A DNA stretch of 64,000 bases from the human T2T-CHM13v2.0 reference genome, Homo sapiens, in assembly GCF_009914755.1 (NCBI RefSeq), contig NC_060947.1; one strand, given 5' to 3'. Positions 18,200 through 31,613 of the stretch are shown here, in pieces; within the stretch, counting starts at the first letter, position 1; each line of letters opens with the position of its first letter. The notes below the pieces were generated by a model. The model worked only from the letters and a program-made list of their open reading frames with translations. It searched no databases and was not told where the DNA came from. The translations under genes and the position numbers were made by a program.

Positions 18200-21084
18200 T
18201 AAAAGGATTCACAGTTACGGGAACAGCCTTCCTATAATAAACTACTATAAAACTGGATAAAATATATTATTAAACTATTATTTTCAGGCATCAGTCAGCA
18301 GTCAGTGCAAGACTGTGGTCCATGAGATAAACAAATGAGACTTTATGATTACTCCAGCTTATTGAGTTTCCAAGCCATAGGGTAGAAAGTGTCAAATCAA
18401 ATGGAGCCCAGTGATCTTACTGAGTTGGTAAGATAAATATTAATGTTAACGGAAATTTAGGCAGCTAGAATTTGAGGGACCAAATACTGAAGAGGAGGGA
18501 GCTATACAAAAATAAGTTTACCGAAAGCTGAGAGAAGAACCACTAGGAATAGTAATCTTGTTCCTAGAACTCATACAAGGGTGAGATTAATCTGTGTTTC
18601 TACCAGGCAATAACTCAGAAGAATATCACCATTTTAGTGAGATTTAACTAATTTTAGAATAAAGACTATTTTGGACCTTCCTTAACAAAGTTTAAAACTA
18701 AGTTCTGAAAGGACTGTCTTCATTATAAGTAATTAACTCTGTGCTAGAAGAAAGTCAAAGGCTCTTTAAAGAAATGCCACGGAATGTATTATGCAATACA
18801 GTAATAAACACAGTTCCAGGCTTCCAGTGAAAAATTTCAAGCCATGGAAAGAAGCAAAAAATTATGATCCATTTAGCAATAAATACGCAAGCCCAGAAAT
18901 GACATGATTGAATTAGCAGACAAGCACCCTAAAAGATCAACTACAAATATGTTTCATATGCTAAAGAGTGTAGAAGAAATAGCAGACATGGTGAAGAGAG
19001 AAATGGAACATATAAAAATACAAAAATGAAACTCCTAGAGATTAATATATTATATTTGAATATGTTATCTACCTATTTGTCATCTATCTCAATAGTAGAG
19101 ATAAAACATAATCCCCTTAAAAAGACTGACTATATTCTATGAAAACCACATTAAGTATAAAGACACAGATCATAAGTAAAAAGATATTAAAAAATGCAAA
19201 TGATAATCAAAGGAAAGAAGGGGTGTTTATGTTATTAGGATAATTAGTCTTTAGAAGAAAGAATACTTTCATAGATAAAGAGGAATACAGTTGATCCTTG
19301 AATAACATGGTTTTGAACTGTGCAGGTCCAATTATGAGAATTTTCTTCTGTCTTTGTCACCCCTCAGACAGCAGGACCAATCTCTCCTCTTACTGTTCCT
19401 CCTCAGCCTACTCCACCTGAAGACTATGAGGGTAAAGACCTTTATGATGATTCATTTTCACTTAATAAATAATAAATATACTTTTTCTTGCTTATGGTTT
19501 TCTTAATAACATTTTCTTTTCTCTAAATTACTTTAAGAACACAGTATATAATACATTTAACATACAAAATAGGAGTTAATCAACTCTTTATGTTATCAGT
19601 AAGGCTTCCAGTCAAAAGTAGGCCATTAACGGATTTGTTTTTGGAGACTCAAAATTTATACCCTGATTTTTACTGTGCAAGGAGTTAGCATGCCTAATCC
19701 TTGCATTGTTCAATGGTTAACTATATTTCATAATGAAAAGAGGTTAAATTATCAAGTGGATACAATTTTAAATGTGTAGGCGTACAAACTCAGAGTTTAA
19801 AAAAATATAAAGCAAAATAAGAAAGAAGTAAAAAATGGTAATTCCAATGTTACAGTAGGACACTTCAACTTACTATTTGACAGAATACATGAAAAGAAAA
19901 TCAATAAGCATATGGAATATTTGAACAATACTATAAAGTAGCATGATCTAACTGACATTTATAGAACACTCCACCCAACACAGCAGAATACACATTATTT
20001 TCAAGTGCACTTAAAACATTTACCAAAATAGAACACATGCTGAGATACGAAACATTTCTCAACAAACTTAATTGTGCTGTAATTATTCGTTATTGTATGA
20101 AAAAGTCTACATTGTAACCCTTAAAAATTCCCATAAGCAAACAAATGGAAATAGATCATATGCATAAATGTAAGAGAACAAATTCTAAAACTTCAAGTAG
20201 AAAGTAGGAGAAAATACTTGTGAGCTGGGTTAGGCAGCAATTTCTTAAGCAGACAAACAAATTAACCATAAAAGAAAATAATTACAAGTTTAGCTGTTTA
20301 AAAAACATGGTTAACATTGGTAAGGAAATCAAAAGGCAACCTAAGAGTGGGAGAAAATATTTGAAAAGCTGTATCTCATAAAGGACTTGTATCTAAAATA
20401 TTTAAAAGAATGTTTATATCTCATTAATAAGAACACAATCAAACCAATTAATATGGAGAAAGATTTGAACAAATATTGAAGCAAAGAAGCTACATAAAAT
20501 TTCAAGAAGCATTATTAGGCACTCTGGAAATACAAATTAAAATCATAATGAGATACCACTACCACCCATTACTTAGCAATGTCACTCCTAGTTATTTACC
20601 CAAGAGAACAGAAAACCTATGTCTATTTAAAAAAGCCTCAAATATAAATATTAATAGCAACTTTATTCATAGTAACCAAATCCTTGTAACAATTCAAACA
20701 TCCATCAACTGAATAAACACACTATGGTTTACTCAAATAATGAAATACTGCTCAAAAATAAAAAGAATAAAATGTTAATAATACACATATAAATTTGGAT
20801 GCATTGCAAAGGCATTAGGCTAAGTGAAAGAACTCAGAGACAAAATACTTCATTCTCTACGATTCCAATTTTTAGAAAAGGCAAAACTATAGTGAAAGAA
20901 CAGAAAATAATTGGTTGCCAAGAAACAGGAGCCAAGCAAGGATACTGACTACAAAGAGGTACCAGAACTTTTTAGGATGCTGGAAAGCTTCTATGTCTTC
21001 ATTGTGGTAATGGTTACATAAATGCATTACATTTGTTATAACTCACTTAATAGTGCGTTTAAAACTGGCGAATTGGATTGTATG
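18200..21084 (+). mobile_element. Old L1M (L1MC/MD-like) 5' UTR, ORF1, ORF2 and 3' fragments
   Basis: Decayed ORF1 (GAATTAGCAGACAAG..GAAACTCCTAGAG), ORF2 EN (GATAAAGAGGAATA|TTTCATAATG; GACATTTATAGAACACTCCACCCAACA) and 3' UTR. Confidence 0.8.
19288..19723. mobile_element. Tigger2a (MER28) DNA transposon inserted in L1 ORF2
   Basis: TA|CAGTTGATCCTTGAATAAC ... GTTCAATGGTTAACTA|TA TIRs with TA TSD; the host L1 resumes on the other side. Confidence 0.9.
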
Positions 21085-24069
21085 TGCGTTATTTCATTCT
21101 CATGCTGCTAATAAAGAAATACCTGAGACTGGGTCACTTGTAAAGAAAAGAGGTTTAATTGACTCACACTTCAGCCTGGCTGGGGAGGCCTCAGGAAACT
21201 TGCAACCATTGTGGAAGGAGAAGCAAACACATCCTTCTTCACATGTGGTGGCAAGGAGAAGTGCCAAGCAAAAGGGGGAAAAGCCCCTTACATAACCATC
21301 AGATCTTGCCAGAACTCACTCACTATCACTACCCGCATGAGGGTAACTGCCCCCATGATTTAATTACCTCCCACCGGGTCCCCCTCTTGACATTTGGGGA
21401 TTATGGAAACTACAATTCAAGATGAGATTTGCGTGGGGACACAGACAAACCATATCATACTGCCCCAGCCCCTCCCTAATCTCATGTCCTCACATTTGAA
21501 AACACAATCATACCCTTCCATCAGTACCCTAAAGTCTTAACACATTCCAGCATTAACTCGAAAGTCCAAGTCCAAAGCTTCATCTGAGACAAGGCAAGTC
21601 CCTTCTGCCTATGAGCCTGTAAAATCAAAAGCAAGTTAATTATTCCCTAGATACAATGGGGGTACAGGCATTGGGTAAGTACACCCATTCCAAAAGGAAG
21701 AAATTGGCCAAAACAAAGGGGCTACAGGCCTCATGCAAGTCTGAAATCCAGCAGAGCAGTCAAAAGCTCCAGAATGATCTCCTTTGACTTCATGTCTCAC
21801 ATCCAAGTCACGCTGATGCAAGAGGTGGGTTTCCATGGCTGTGGGCTGCTCCATCCCTGTGGCTTTGCGGGGTACGGCCTCCCTCCTGATTGCTTTCACA
21901 GGCTGGCATTGAGTGTCTGTGGCTTTTCCAGTTACATGGTGCAAGCTGTCAGTGGATCTACCATTCTAGGGTCTGGAGGACAGTGGCGCTCTTCTCACAG
22001 CTCCACTAGAAGTGCCCCAGTGGGGACTCTGCATGGGGGCTTCAAACCCACATTTCCCTTATGCACTGCCCTAGCAGAGGTTCTCCATGAGGGCCCTGCC
22101 TCTGCAGCAAACTTCTTCCTAGACATCCAGGCCTTTCCATACTTCCTCTGAAATCTAGGCAGAGGTTCCAAAACCTCAATTCTTAACTTCTGTGCACCCT
22201 CAGGCTCAACACCATGTTGAAGCTGCCAAGGCTTGGGGCTTGCCAAAGCTTGGGGCTCGCACTCTATAAAGCAATGGTGTGAGCTGTACTTTGACCCCTT
22301 TTAGTCATGGCTAGAGCAGCTGGGATGCAGAGCACCAAGTCCTTAGGCTCCACACAGCAGGAGGGACCTTGGCCCTGCCCATGAAAACATTTTTTCCTCT
22401 TGGCCTCTGGGCCTGTGATGGAAGGGCTGTTACAAAGGTCTCTGACATGACCTGGAGACATTTTCCCCATTGTCCTGGTGATTAACATTTAGCTCCTCAT
22501 TACTTATGCAAATTTATGCAGCCCACTTGAATTTGTCCTCAGAAAATGAGTTTTTCTTTTCTATTGCATTATCAGGCTGCAAATTTTCCAAACTTTTATG
22601 CTCTGTTTCCCTTTTAAAACTGAATACTTTTAAGGGCACCTAAGTCACATCCTGAATGCTGTGCTGCTTAGAAATTTCTTCTGACAGAAACCCTAAATCA
22701 TCTTCCTCAAGTTCAAAGTTCCACAAGTCTCTAGGGCAGGGCAAAATGCCACCAGTCTCTTTGCTAAAACATAGCAAGCATCACATTTACTCCAGTTCCC
22801 AACAAGTTCCTCATCTCCATCTTAGAACACCTCAGCCTGGATTTCATTGTTCATATCATTATCAGCATTTTTGTCAAAGTCATTCAACAGCCTCTGGGAG
22901 GTTCCAAAATTTCCCATATTTTCCTGTCTTCTGAGCCCTCCAAACTCTTCCAACCTCTGCCTGTTACCCAGTTCCAAAGTTGCTTCCACATTATCAGGTA
23001 TTTTTACAGCAGAACCCCACTCTGCTGGTACCAATTTGCTGTATTAGTCTGTTCTCTCACACTGCTGATAAAGACATACCTGAGACAGGGTAATTTATAA
23101 AGAAAAAGAGGTTTAATAGACTCACAGTTTCACATAGATGGGGAGGCCTCACAATTATGGCAGAAGCCGAAAGGCACATTTTACATGATGGCAGTCAAGA
23201 GAGAATAAGAGCCAAGTGAAAAGGAAAGCCTCTTATAAAACCATCAGATCTCATGACACTTATTCACTACCATGAGAAAAGTATGGAAGAAACCACCCCC
23301 CCATGGTTCAATTATCTCCCCCTGGGTCCCTCCCACAGCATGTGGGAAATATGAGAGCTACAATTCAAGATGAGATTTGTGTGGGGACACAGCCAAACCA
23401 TATCATTCTGGCAGTGGCAAAATGCTGCCAGTCTCTTTACATAGCAAGAGTGACCTTTACTGCAGTTCCCAACAAGTTCCTCATCTCCACCTGAGACCAC
23501 CTCCGCCTGTACTTTTTTGTCCATATTACCATCAGCATTCTGGTCAAAGCCATTCAACAAGTCTCTAGAAAGTTCCAACCTTTCCCACATTTTCCTGTAT
23601 TTTGTGAGCCCTCCACACGGTTCCAGTCTCTGCCTGTTACCCATTTCTAAAGTCGCTTCTACATTTACAGCAGTGCCCCACTCTCTGGGATACAAATTTA
23701 TTGTATTAGTTCATTTAAATGCTGCTAATAAAGACATACCGGAGACTGGGTAATTTATAAAGGAAAAAGGTTTAATGGACTCACAGTTCAGCTTGGCTGG
23801 GGAGGTCTGAGAAAACTTACAATCATGGTGGAAGGGGAAGCAGATACATCCTTCTTTACACGGTGGCAGCAAGAAGCGCCAAGCAAAAGTGGGGAAAGCT
23901 CCTCATAAAGTCATCAGATCTTGTAAGAACTCACTATCATGAGAACAGCATGATGGTAACTACGCCATGATTAAATTAGCTCCCAGTGGGTTCCTCCCAC
24001 AGCATGTGGGGATTATGGGAACGATAATTCACAATGAGATTTGGGTGAGGACACAGCCAAATCATATCA
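21085..24069 (-). mobile_element. THE1 MaLR retroelement with three LTRs (21085-21457, 23040-23405, 23702-24069) and internal regions 21458-23039 and 23406-23701
   Basis: LTRs end ..GGACACAG.CAAA.CATATCA, and the right two begin TGTATTAGT; internal THE1-int sequence with the GGTACCAATTT motif adjacent to the LTR. Confidence 0.93.
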
Positions 24070-24142
24070 TTGTGTAAACAATAATAAGGCTGATTAAATA
24101 ATCATATCCCCTTCCCCCAGAAAGCAAGACTAACAAAAAATG

Positions 24143-24340
24143 ATTTGGAGCCTAACTCTCTGGGTTTCAATTCTGGCTTTGCTAGTCAGTAGTTTTGTGA
24201 CCTTAGAAACATGACATACCCTCTCTCTGTTATCTGTACCAAGAGGATAATGATGTCTGCCTCACAGGCTTGTTGTCATCTAACTATGTAAAGCACATAG
24301 ATGAGTGCTCAGCAGAAGTAAGTGATCAGTGAGTTCCTGC
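24143..24340 (+). mobile_element. MIR SINE
   Basis: TTTGGAGCC..CTGGGTTTCAATTCTGGCTTTGC..TGTGACCTT..CCTCACAGG..TGTAAAGCAC. Confidence 0.75.
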
Positions 24341-26294
24341 TGTTCCTCAGCTATTGCTCCTGACTTTGCTACTCAAATATTTATGACAGTGATTGAATCC
24401 TTTAAATTCTATTTATTTTTTCCAACATTAAAATGTTATTACTACATGGATCTCTATAATCTTTCAAGCTTTCTGATACCCTAGAGTCTATAAATACATG
24501 GAAAATGTTTTTACTCTCTTAGAAGACATTCTTCAAAAAATGGATTCAGGGAAGGTTTCTGAAAGAAGCAACTGCACTCTGAAAATATTTATGTTTGTCT
24601 AATAGATAAATTCACTTTATTTTGCAAAACTCTTAAGATGGTATGCATTTATTACCTTAAATAAATCATGTTTTGCCATGGAGATACAGTAAAAATATAT
24701 AAATTTGACCAAAATCTAGTATATTGTTCACCAGAAGAACTTTTTTTATAGCTTTGCTTTAATTTATTATAAATTAGATAAAATTGTCTTTCAAGATTGA
24801 TGAAAACTTCTCAATTTGTTTAATGTAGGCCTACAAGTGTTCCTTAATGTATACTATTTAGGAGGTCAAACTCAATGGCTTGTATCTAATCAGCACTTTT
24901 TCCCCCTCCCCCATCCTCTCCATCCCCCCCATCCCCACCCCATTTCACTTCTGATGCTGTCCTCGATAATATAGTGATGTTCAACTAGCTGGAGGCTATA
25001 CATATCAGGTAGCAGAATCTTGACAGATGTTTGACAGAATTATGTGTTTTTTCTATTCAATATATTTACCCTAAGGTGATTTATAGTGGAATGAATGAGA
25101 ATCTAATGGTGAAAAGACTAAGTACTCAAGAATTACTTGAGCTACTGTGTAGAATTGAGGTGGAAGGTCTGTTCTCTTCAGAAATTCTGCCAAAGACTAT
25201 TTCACTTCCTACAGGAAGAAAGGGACATGTTTTAAGAGCTCAGCCATCTTAAAGCTCTTAGGTATAAATCATGCATTTTTTCTGTCATAGTATAACACAA
25301 TCCTTGCTTTCAAATCTCTTAGACAAATATATTAAGATTAATTTCAATTAATAAAATGTCCTCACATCTTCTTGCATTCACTATATGAAAATTCCTGATG
25401 ATTGCTTGCATATTTAATAAATACCATAGGTTATAGCTGTCCTATTTTGGCTAAAAATTGATTTACCCTCTGGTAAATGTTTGAGGGGAGAGGAGCATGG
25501 TTACATTTCTTTTCAGCATTTTCTTGAAAGATGCTTTATGCAAAGACAGCCAAGCTCTTGAGTCTAATTCATTAACAGGCCTGCAGCCAATGTAAGTGCT
25601 TGGGGGTACTGTGGGCTGTCATCATGCACTTTGCTCACTGAAGATGAAACCCCCACATGGTTGCCCAGCCTCAGTATCACGAGAGGCTCTTTAAGTCTAA
25701 AATTAAGGCTCACTGGCTACTGAATGTATGTGTTTTATCTTTATTTTTTCCCATATTTTTCTGTGCTTTGAGGTAATATCCCTCACTTGGAGGCTATGAT
25801 CCATTAATAGTGGAGTTGTGCAAGACTAGAGACTTTTCCTCCACTCCAGAGGCTTCCATTATTCATCATATAAATGGGAGTGCATAAAGGTATTTCTATC
25901 GTGTTTAACTCCATGTGACAGTAAAATTGAAGTTCAAACTCAACTCTCCCATCTTCAAGAAGTCAAGATAATTAATCTTAATTAGTAAATCATTCAGAAG
26001 TTTGTTATTAAGTACCACTGAGTACTTTGTTTTTTCTAGAAGATAATAGTTTCAGTGAAATTTCAGTCAAAGAGAGGATATAACTAAAGGCACTTAAAAG
26101 CAATTATAAAATTATCCAAGATAGAAAAATCACAGCTGGATTATAAATTCCACATAATTAATTTAATGTGAAGAAAAACGAAGCATCTTCATTTTCTAAA
26201 AAAAATTAATCTGATGTTTGCCCAAACCGCAACCTGATTTTTAAGTGGAAGAATAGGGTATGTACACACCCACACACACCTCGCCCTCCCGACA

Positions 26295-26376
26295 ATATAT
26301 ATGATGTATATGTATATGTATGTGTGTGTGTGTGTGTGTATGTGTGTGTGTGTATGAGTGTGTGTGTGTGTGTATA
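26295..26376. repeat. (TA/TG)n compound microsatellite
   Basis: Seen directly in the sequence. Confidence 0.95.
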
Positions 26377-26599
26377 ATATGGTTTAAACATTTTGGTACT
26401 CTAATTCGGTGAAACTGTTTTCAGTCTCTCAGCTCCTCCTGTCTCTGGATCTTTTTCTTAATATTGAATCCTGGCTACACTATTCCCAGCACTTTATTTT
26501 TTTATTTTATTTTTTGTATCAGTCTCTGTTTAAAATTCTGTTTCTTAGGCAAAATCTCTGAATAAATCAAGAATAGGTCCTTAAGACCTATGGAGTTAG

Positions 26600-26795
26600 G
26601 TTATTGGTTTTATATTTTTCTTCTTTTTTTTAATTTGGGTGTTTAAAGCTATGAATTTGCTTCTGAGTATGGCTTTTAATGAATCCCATGTGTTTTGGTG
26701 TGTTGTGTTCTCAGTTTTATTAATCTCAAAGTATTTTCACTTATAATTTCTTTTTCATTTATTGGTTGCTTAAGAGTGTATTTTTAAATTTTTAC
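26600..26795 (-). mobile_element. L1M ORF2 fragment
   Basis: TTTAAAGCTATGAATTTGCTTCTGAG..ATCCCATGTGTTTTGG..TAAGAGTGTATTTTTAAATTT. Confidence 0.65.
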
Positions 26796-27775
26796 ACAAT
26801 GAAAATTGGAAAAATGGAAACAATATGCAATATACTTAAAATATACATTAGTTGCATCAAAAATAAAATAAATACTAAAGAAAATATAATAATTGATTTG
26901 GAAAATGATGAATTTTCCAATTCCTTTTAATTTTGGTTGATAGAATTATATTACCCTTTTCTCTAACTTTTTATCTCTATAACTGGTGTTATGTGTTTGT
27001 AATTTACTTAAATAATTTAGCCTAGATAGAGTGACATGGTATTTATATCTATGCTATCCCATTCTAATCTAAGCCCTAAAATAGTTTACTATCTAATTAA
27101 GGACACGTATTATTGGTTTGGGTAAGTACAATTTGATCAAAAAGCCACACTTCCCTAGGAAGGCACTGCAGGCCTCCATCTATCTTTATGTCAGATGATT
27201 TTCAATTACATAATAGTTGTTTAAAATCATTTCCATTGAAGAGTTAGTGACATCAAACCTTTGACGTGGCTAGAAATATTGTTTCAGGGTCTTCAATCTT
27301 ACACGAACAGAAAAAAAAAATGTAACTGTCAGTTTGTATACACTCTTGGGAATTCTCCTGAGGTTGAGTTTTGAATTATCCTGTATTCAGGTGCAAATTT
27401 ATGGAGGCTGCTTGAACCCAAAGTTACATAAATCACACCTTTAGAATTCTGGATCCTTTGAAGATTGATTCTGGGAATATAAAATGGTGGTACTACCCTG
27501 GAAAACATTTTTTTCATTTTTTCAAATATTAAACATATATTTACCAGCAATTTCACCCCTAGGTATCTAGTCCTAATTTCTCCATATCTTCACTGACACT
27601 TGTAAATTGTTTGTTTTTTTTTATTATTGCCAGTCAAGTCGCTGTGAATTAGTGTCTTATTGTGGTTCTGATTTGCATTTTCCTAATGACTAATAATGTG
27701 GAGAAAAATTGTATATACTTTGGTAAAGTGTGTACTCAAATATTTTTGCCCATTTTAAAATTGGATTAATTAATT

Positions 27776-28085
27776 GGTTGGGCACAGTGGCTCATGCCTG
27801 TAATCCCAGCACTTTGGGAAACTGATGTGGGCAGATCACTTGAGGTCAGGAGTTTGAGACCAGCCTAGCCAACATGGTGAAGCCCTGTCTCTAATAAAAA
27901 TACAAAAATTAGCTGGGCGTGCTGGCAAGTGCCTCTAATCCCAGCTACTCAGGAGGCTGAGGCAGGAGAGTCACTTGAACCTGGGAGGCGAAGGTTCCAG
28001 TGAGCCAAGATCACACTATTGCACCCAGCCTGGGCAAGAGAGTGAGACTTCATCTCAGGAAAAAAAAAGAAAAGAAAAAGAAAAA
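27776..28085 (+). mobile_element. AluSx/Sz-like
   Basis: Full dimeric Alu with a GA-rich tail. Confidence 0.96.
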
Positions 28086-29784
28086 CACTGGATTATGATT
28101 GAGTTGTAAGAGTTTGTAATGTATTCTGGATGCAAATCCCTTACTGGATATATGATTTGCAAATATTTTCTCCCAGTTTGTACCTTTTCTTTTCTTTTAC
28201 TTGATAGTTTCTTTGATACAAAAAGTTTTTTATTTTGATATACTTCAGCTTATCTTTTTTTCATCACTTGCATTCTTAGTACTATATCTAAGAAATTGTT
28301 GCAGAAACAACAATCACAGATATTTACCCTTATGCTTTCTTATACGGGTTTTAGCCTTTACATTTAGGTTTCTATTTCTCAATACTTTTTAACTTTCTGA
28401 CCCTACAAGATGTTCTAGATTAATCGTTTATTCTCTGCCTTAACCCTGAAATAAACCATGTATCCAAGTTACTCTGGTTTTTATACAGAAAAACTAGTAT
28501 CAATATCTCTACTTAGGAGCTTAGTAGTGTGCTTGTTTCTAATGGAATGTAATTGTTCTAGGCCTTCTCAGCAGACAGGGCTTGGAAATATATGTGTGCA
28601 TACTATGTTCATTTATTATATTCATCAATCTGTATTTATATCAAACTAGCCATGAGTTCATAATAATGTATGCAACTCGAATACAGGGAGGATGATCACA
28701 TTTTATTCCAGCTCTTCCCTTTGCTTATCTGTACCTTCCTATTGCAATAGTGAGAAGCCTGGCTCTCTCCATATGCCAACAATTCCCTTATTTGCTCAAT
28801 CACAGTATACATATATAGTGGATATGTATGTATACTCCATGCCTCTATGAACTGGAGTTCATTGGCTATACACAGATTATTTTGTCTTTGGTCTTACATT
28901 CTTCACTTATTTCCAAACTTATTTGGAGCAACAACTCTTTTTCCCTTATCCTGAAAGAAGAGTTAAATCACACTTTTAAAATACGGTTAGATTCTCTTTT
29001 TGTACAGTCTGCATTCCAAAGTGGAATTTCCCAACTTCCTAATTAATTGTTTCTTTTATCTGCACACATTAAAGTTTACTCTTTATGACATAAATGTTTA
29101 TGGGTTTTGACAAATGCATGGACATGTATACACCACTACAATATCAAACAGAATGTGTGGTGGCCCCCTACTAGTAATTGTGGCCTCCCAGGAACTTCTA
29201 ACTCTTATACTAGTTGATACTGAGCCTCTAGGAATTCATGAAAATTAATAATGAAGTAAGTGATTCTACTTGTTTTGACTTCCAGTAGCTTCTTTTCAGA
29301 TAGTCAGATCTCTATTGATGTATTTCTCTGGATGCACCTAACTCTTCCGATTTGGGGGTAAGAATTTGACATAGAGCTTTACTCCTGTGACAGATCCAAG
29401 GAAAAATCACAGATTTTTTAGTTTGTAAAGCCTTTTCTTGTTGCAAGTACAGGAGTGACAGCTTCCAAGCTCTTTACATGTTGGAGTTGAAAGTGAGAGT
29501 TGCCTAATTATATTTTTTGAAATTTAAAAAATAGTTCTGTTCTGCAAATTATAATATATATCTTATCAGAATGAGAATCTTTTCAGAATTATTTCAACTT
29601 AATTCTAGGAGATATATGAATAACATTGGTTCAACAGTTACATTCTCTCCCCACTCATTTTTGCCATTATTGTTATATATATCATATAGATTTATGTTAA
29701 AAACCCAACAGTACAGCATTGTGATTTTTGCTTTATATACTTGCATGTCTTTTAAGAAAGCACAAGATAAGGAAGGAGTAAAAT

Positions 29785-29915
29785 TATATATATATATATA
29801 CACACATATGTGTATATATATACAGATATGTATATATATACACATATGTGTATATATATACACACACATATATATACATATATATACATATATATATATA
29901 CATATATATATATAT
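29785..29915. repeat. (TA)n / (TACA)n imperfect microsatellite
   Basis: Seen directly; explains ORFs 29571..30140 and 29594..29869. Confidence 0.95.
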
Positions 29916-30743
29916 CTCCTGCTTATTTATCCTTTCTGTCACTCTTCATCTGTTCTTATGGATTCAAGATATCATTTGTTGTTGCTGCCTGGTTACAGTA
30001 TAGCTACATTTATTACCCCTTTCTCTGGGCTGTTTTTTTCATACATACATGTCTATGTTATAAGCCCAGCAATACACTTTAATAATTATTGTTTTAACAA
30101 CTGCTTTTCAAATCAGTTAAGAAAAGATAAAAGTATATAATTATACTGTCTTTTCTAGCCATTTGCATAATTACCTTCCAGCACTCTTATTTTTTCTCAT
30201 GTGAATATGAATTGTTGTCTGGGATCACTTATTTTTATTCTGAAGAACTTCCTTTATTATTTCTTGTATAGCAAGTCTACTAACAAGAAATTCTTTCACC
30301 CTTTATCTGCAAATATCTTTATTTCACCCTCCATCATTTTGAAGGATACTTTTTCTGAGTATAGAATTCTTGGCTGTTTGACAAGTTTAATTTCTTTTGT
30401 TGTTTGTCTCGTTTTGTTTTTGTTTTTAACACTCTTTGTAGGTCATCCCCCTGCATTCTAGCACCTTTGTTTTTTATAGGGAACCACCTGTTATTCTCAT
30501 TGCAATCATTGCAATCATTGACGGAATCATTGCAATTCCGTCATATGTGAGGAGTCACTTTTTGTTGGCTGTTTATAAAATTATCTCTGACTTTGGCTTT
30601 CAATAGTTTTACTATGATAGGTATGGATTTTTAAAAAATTATCCTACTAGGAGTTTGTCGAGCTTCTTGAATGTATAAATTAATGTTAATCATTAAATTT
30701 GAGAATTGTTAAGCCATTATTTCTTTAAATATGTTCAGCCCTT

Positions 30744-31085
30744 TTGTATTAGTTTTGTATGCTGCATAACAAAGTATCACAAACTCCATGGTTTAAACTA
30801 CACTCATTTATTACCTCTTTCCTTCTGGGGCCAGAAATCTAAGGACAGCCTTATTATTTTCTGATTAACACATTATCAAAAATTAAGTAGTTTAAAACAG
30901 CACAGCACAGATTTACTATTTCACACTTCTGGAAGTCAGAAGTCCAAAATGAGTTTCACTGAACTAAAAACAATTTGAGTGCACTACATCACTTCTTGAG
31001 GTCCTAGTGTAAAATTCATTCCCTTTGTTTTTTCCAGCATACAAATCTGCCTGTGTTCTATGGCTTCTGGCCTCTTCCTGAATCT
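30744..31085 (-). mobile_element. MLT1-type MaLR LTR fragments
   Basis: TGTATTAGTTTTG..GCTGCATAACAAA..CTGGAAGTCAGAAGTCCAAAATGAGTTTCACTG. Confidence 0.7.
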
Positions 31086-31613
31086 TGATTTATGCAACAA
31101 TATGGGTGAATCCTAAATGTATTGTACTGAGTGAAAAAGCCAAACCTAAAATGCTACATAATGTATTTTTTTTACTTACATGACAGTGTGAAAAAAGTAA
31201 AACCATGGACCCTGAAAGCAGGTAAGTGGTTGCCAGTTTTGTGGTGTGGGGAGTGTTTGACTACAGAGAGGCATAACAAGGGAAATTTTGAGATGATGGG
31301 CTTGTTCTGTGTTGCATTGTGCTGGTGAAATGCTAGATATTTGTCTAAACTCATAAAACTTCCTACAACAAAGCGTAAATTTTTATATGCAGATTAAAAA
31401 TAATCAACTTGAATATTATGCAAAACCAAAATTGAATGCAGACTATGACAAATGAATCTATGTATATTGCACATAATTGAAATGATCATGGTGAATGGAG
31501 TGATGAAGAAATAAGCTGCCCTGTGTAACTTAAAAAAATAACATTGATCTGACTGGATATTGTAAGGCTAAAGACAAAACATATTAGTATGCAAACATTG
31601 TATTCTATTTAAT

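Larger units (their letters stand above)
27470..30740 (-). mobile_element. Cluster of old L1M fragments (L1MC/MD 3' end, 5' end, ORF1/ORF2), including a short + strand piece at 27470-27570
   Basis: GATTTGCATTTTCCTAATG, TTGCAAATATTTTCTCCCAG, CTAGGCCTTCTCAGCAGACAGGGCTTGGAAAT and TTTTGAAGGATACTTTTTCTGAGTATAGAATTCTTGG motifs. Confidence 0.75.

Noticed and set aside
21636-23753. Multiple 60-127 aa ORFs
   Set aside because: Decayed THE1 internal and LTR sequence with many stops
29571-30140. 189-aa ORF
   Set aside because: Held open by a (TA)n microsatellite inside L1 remnants
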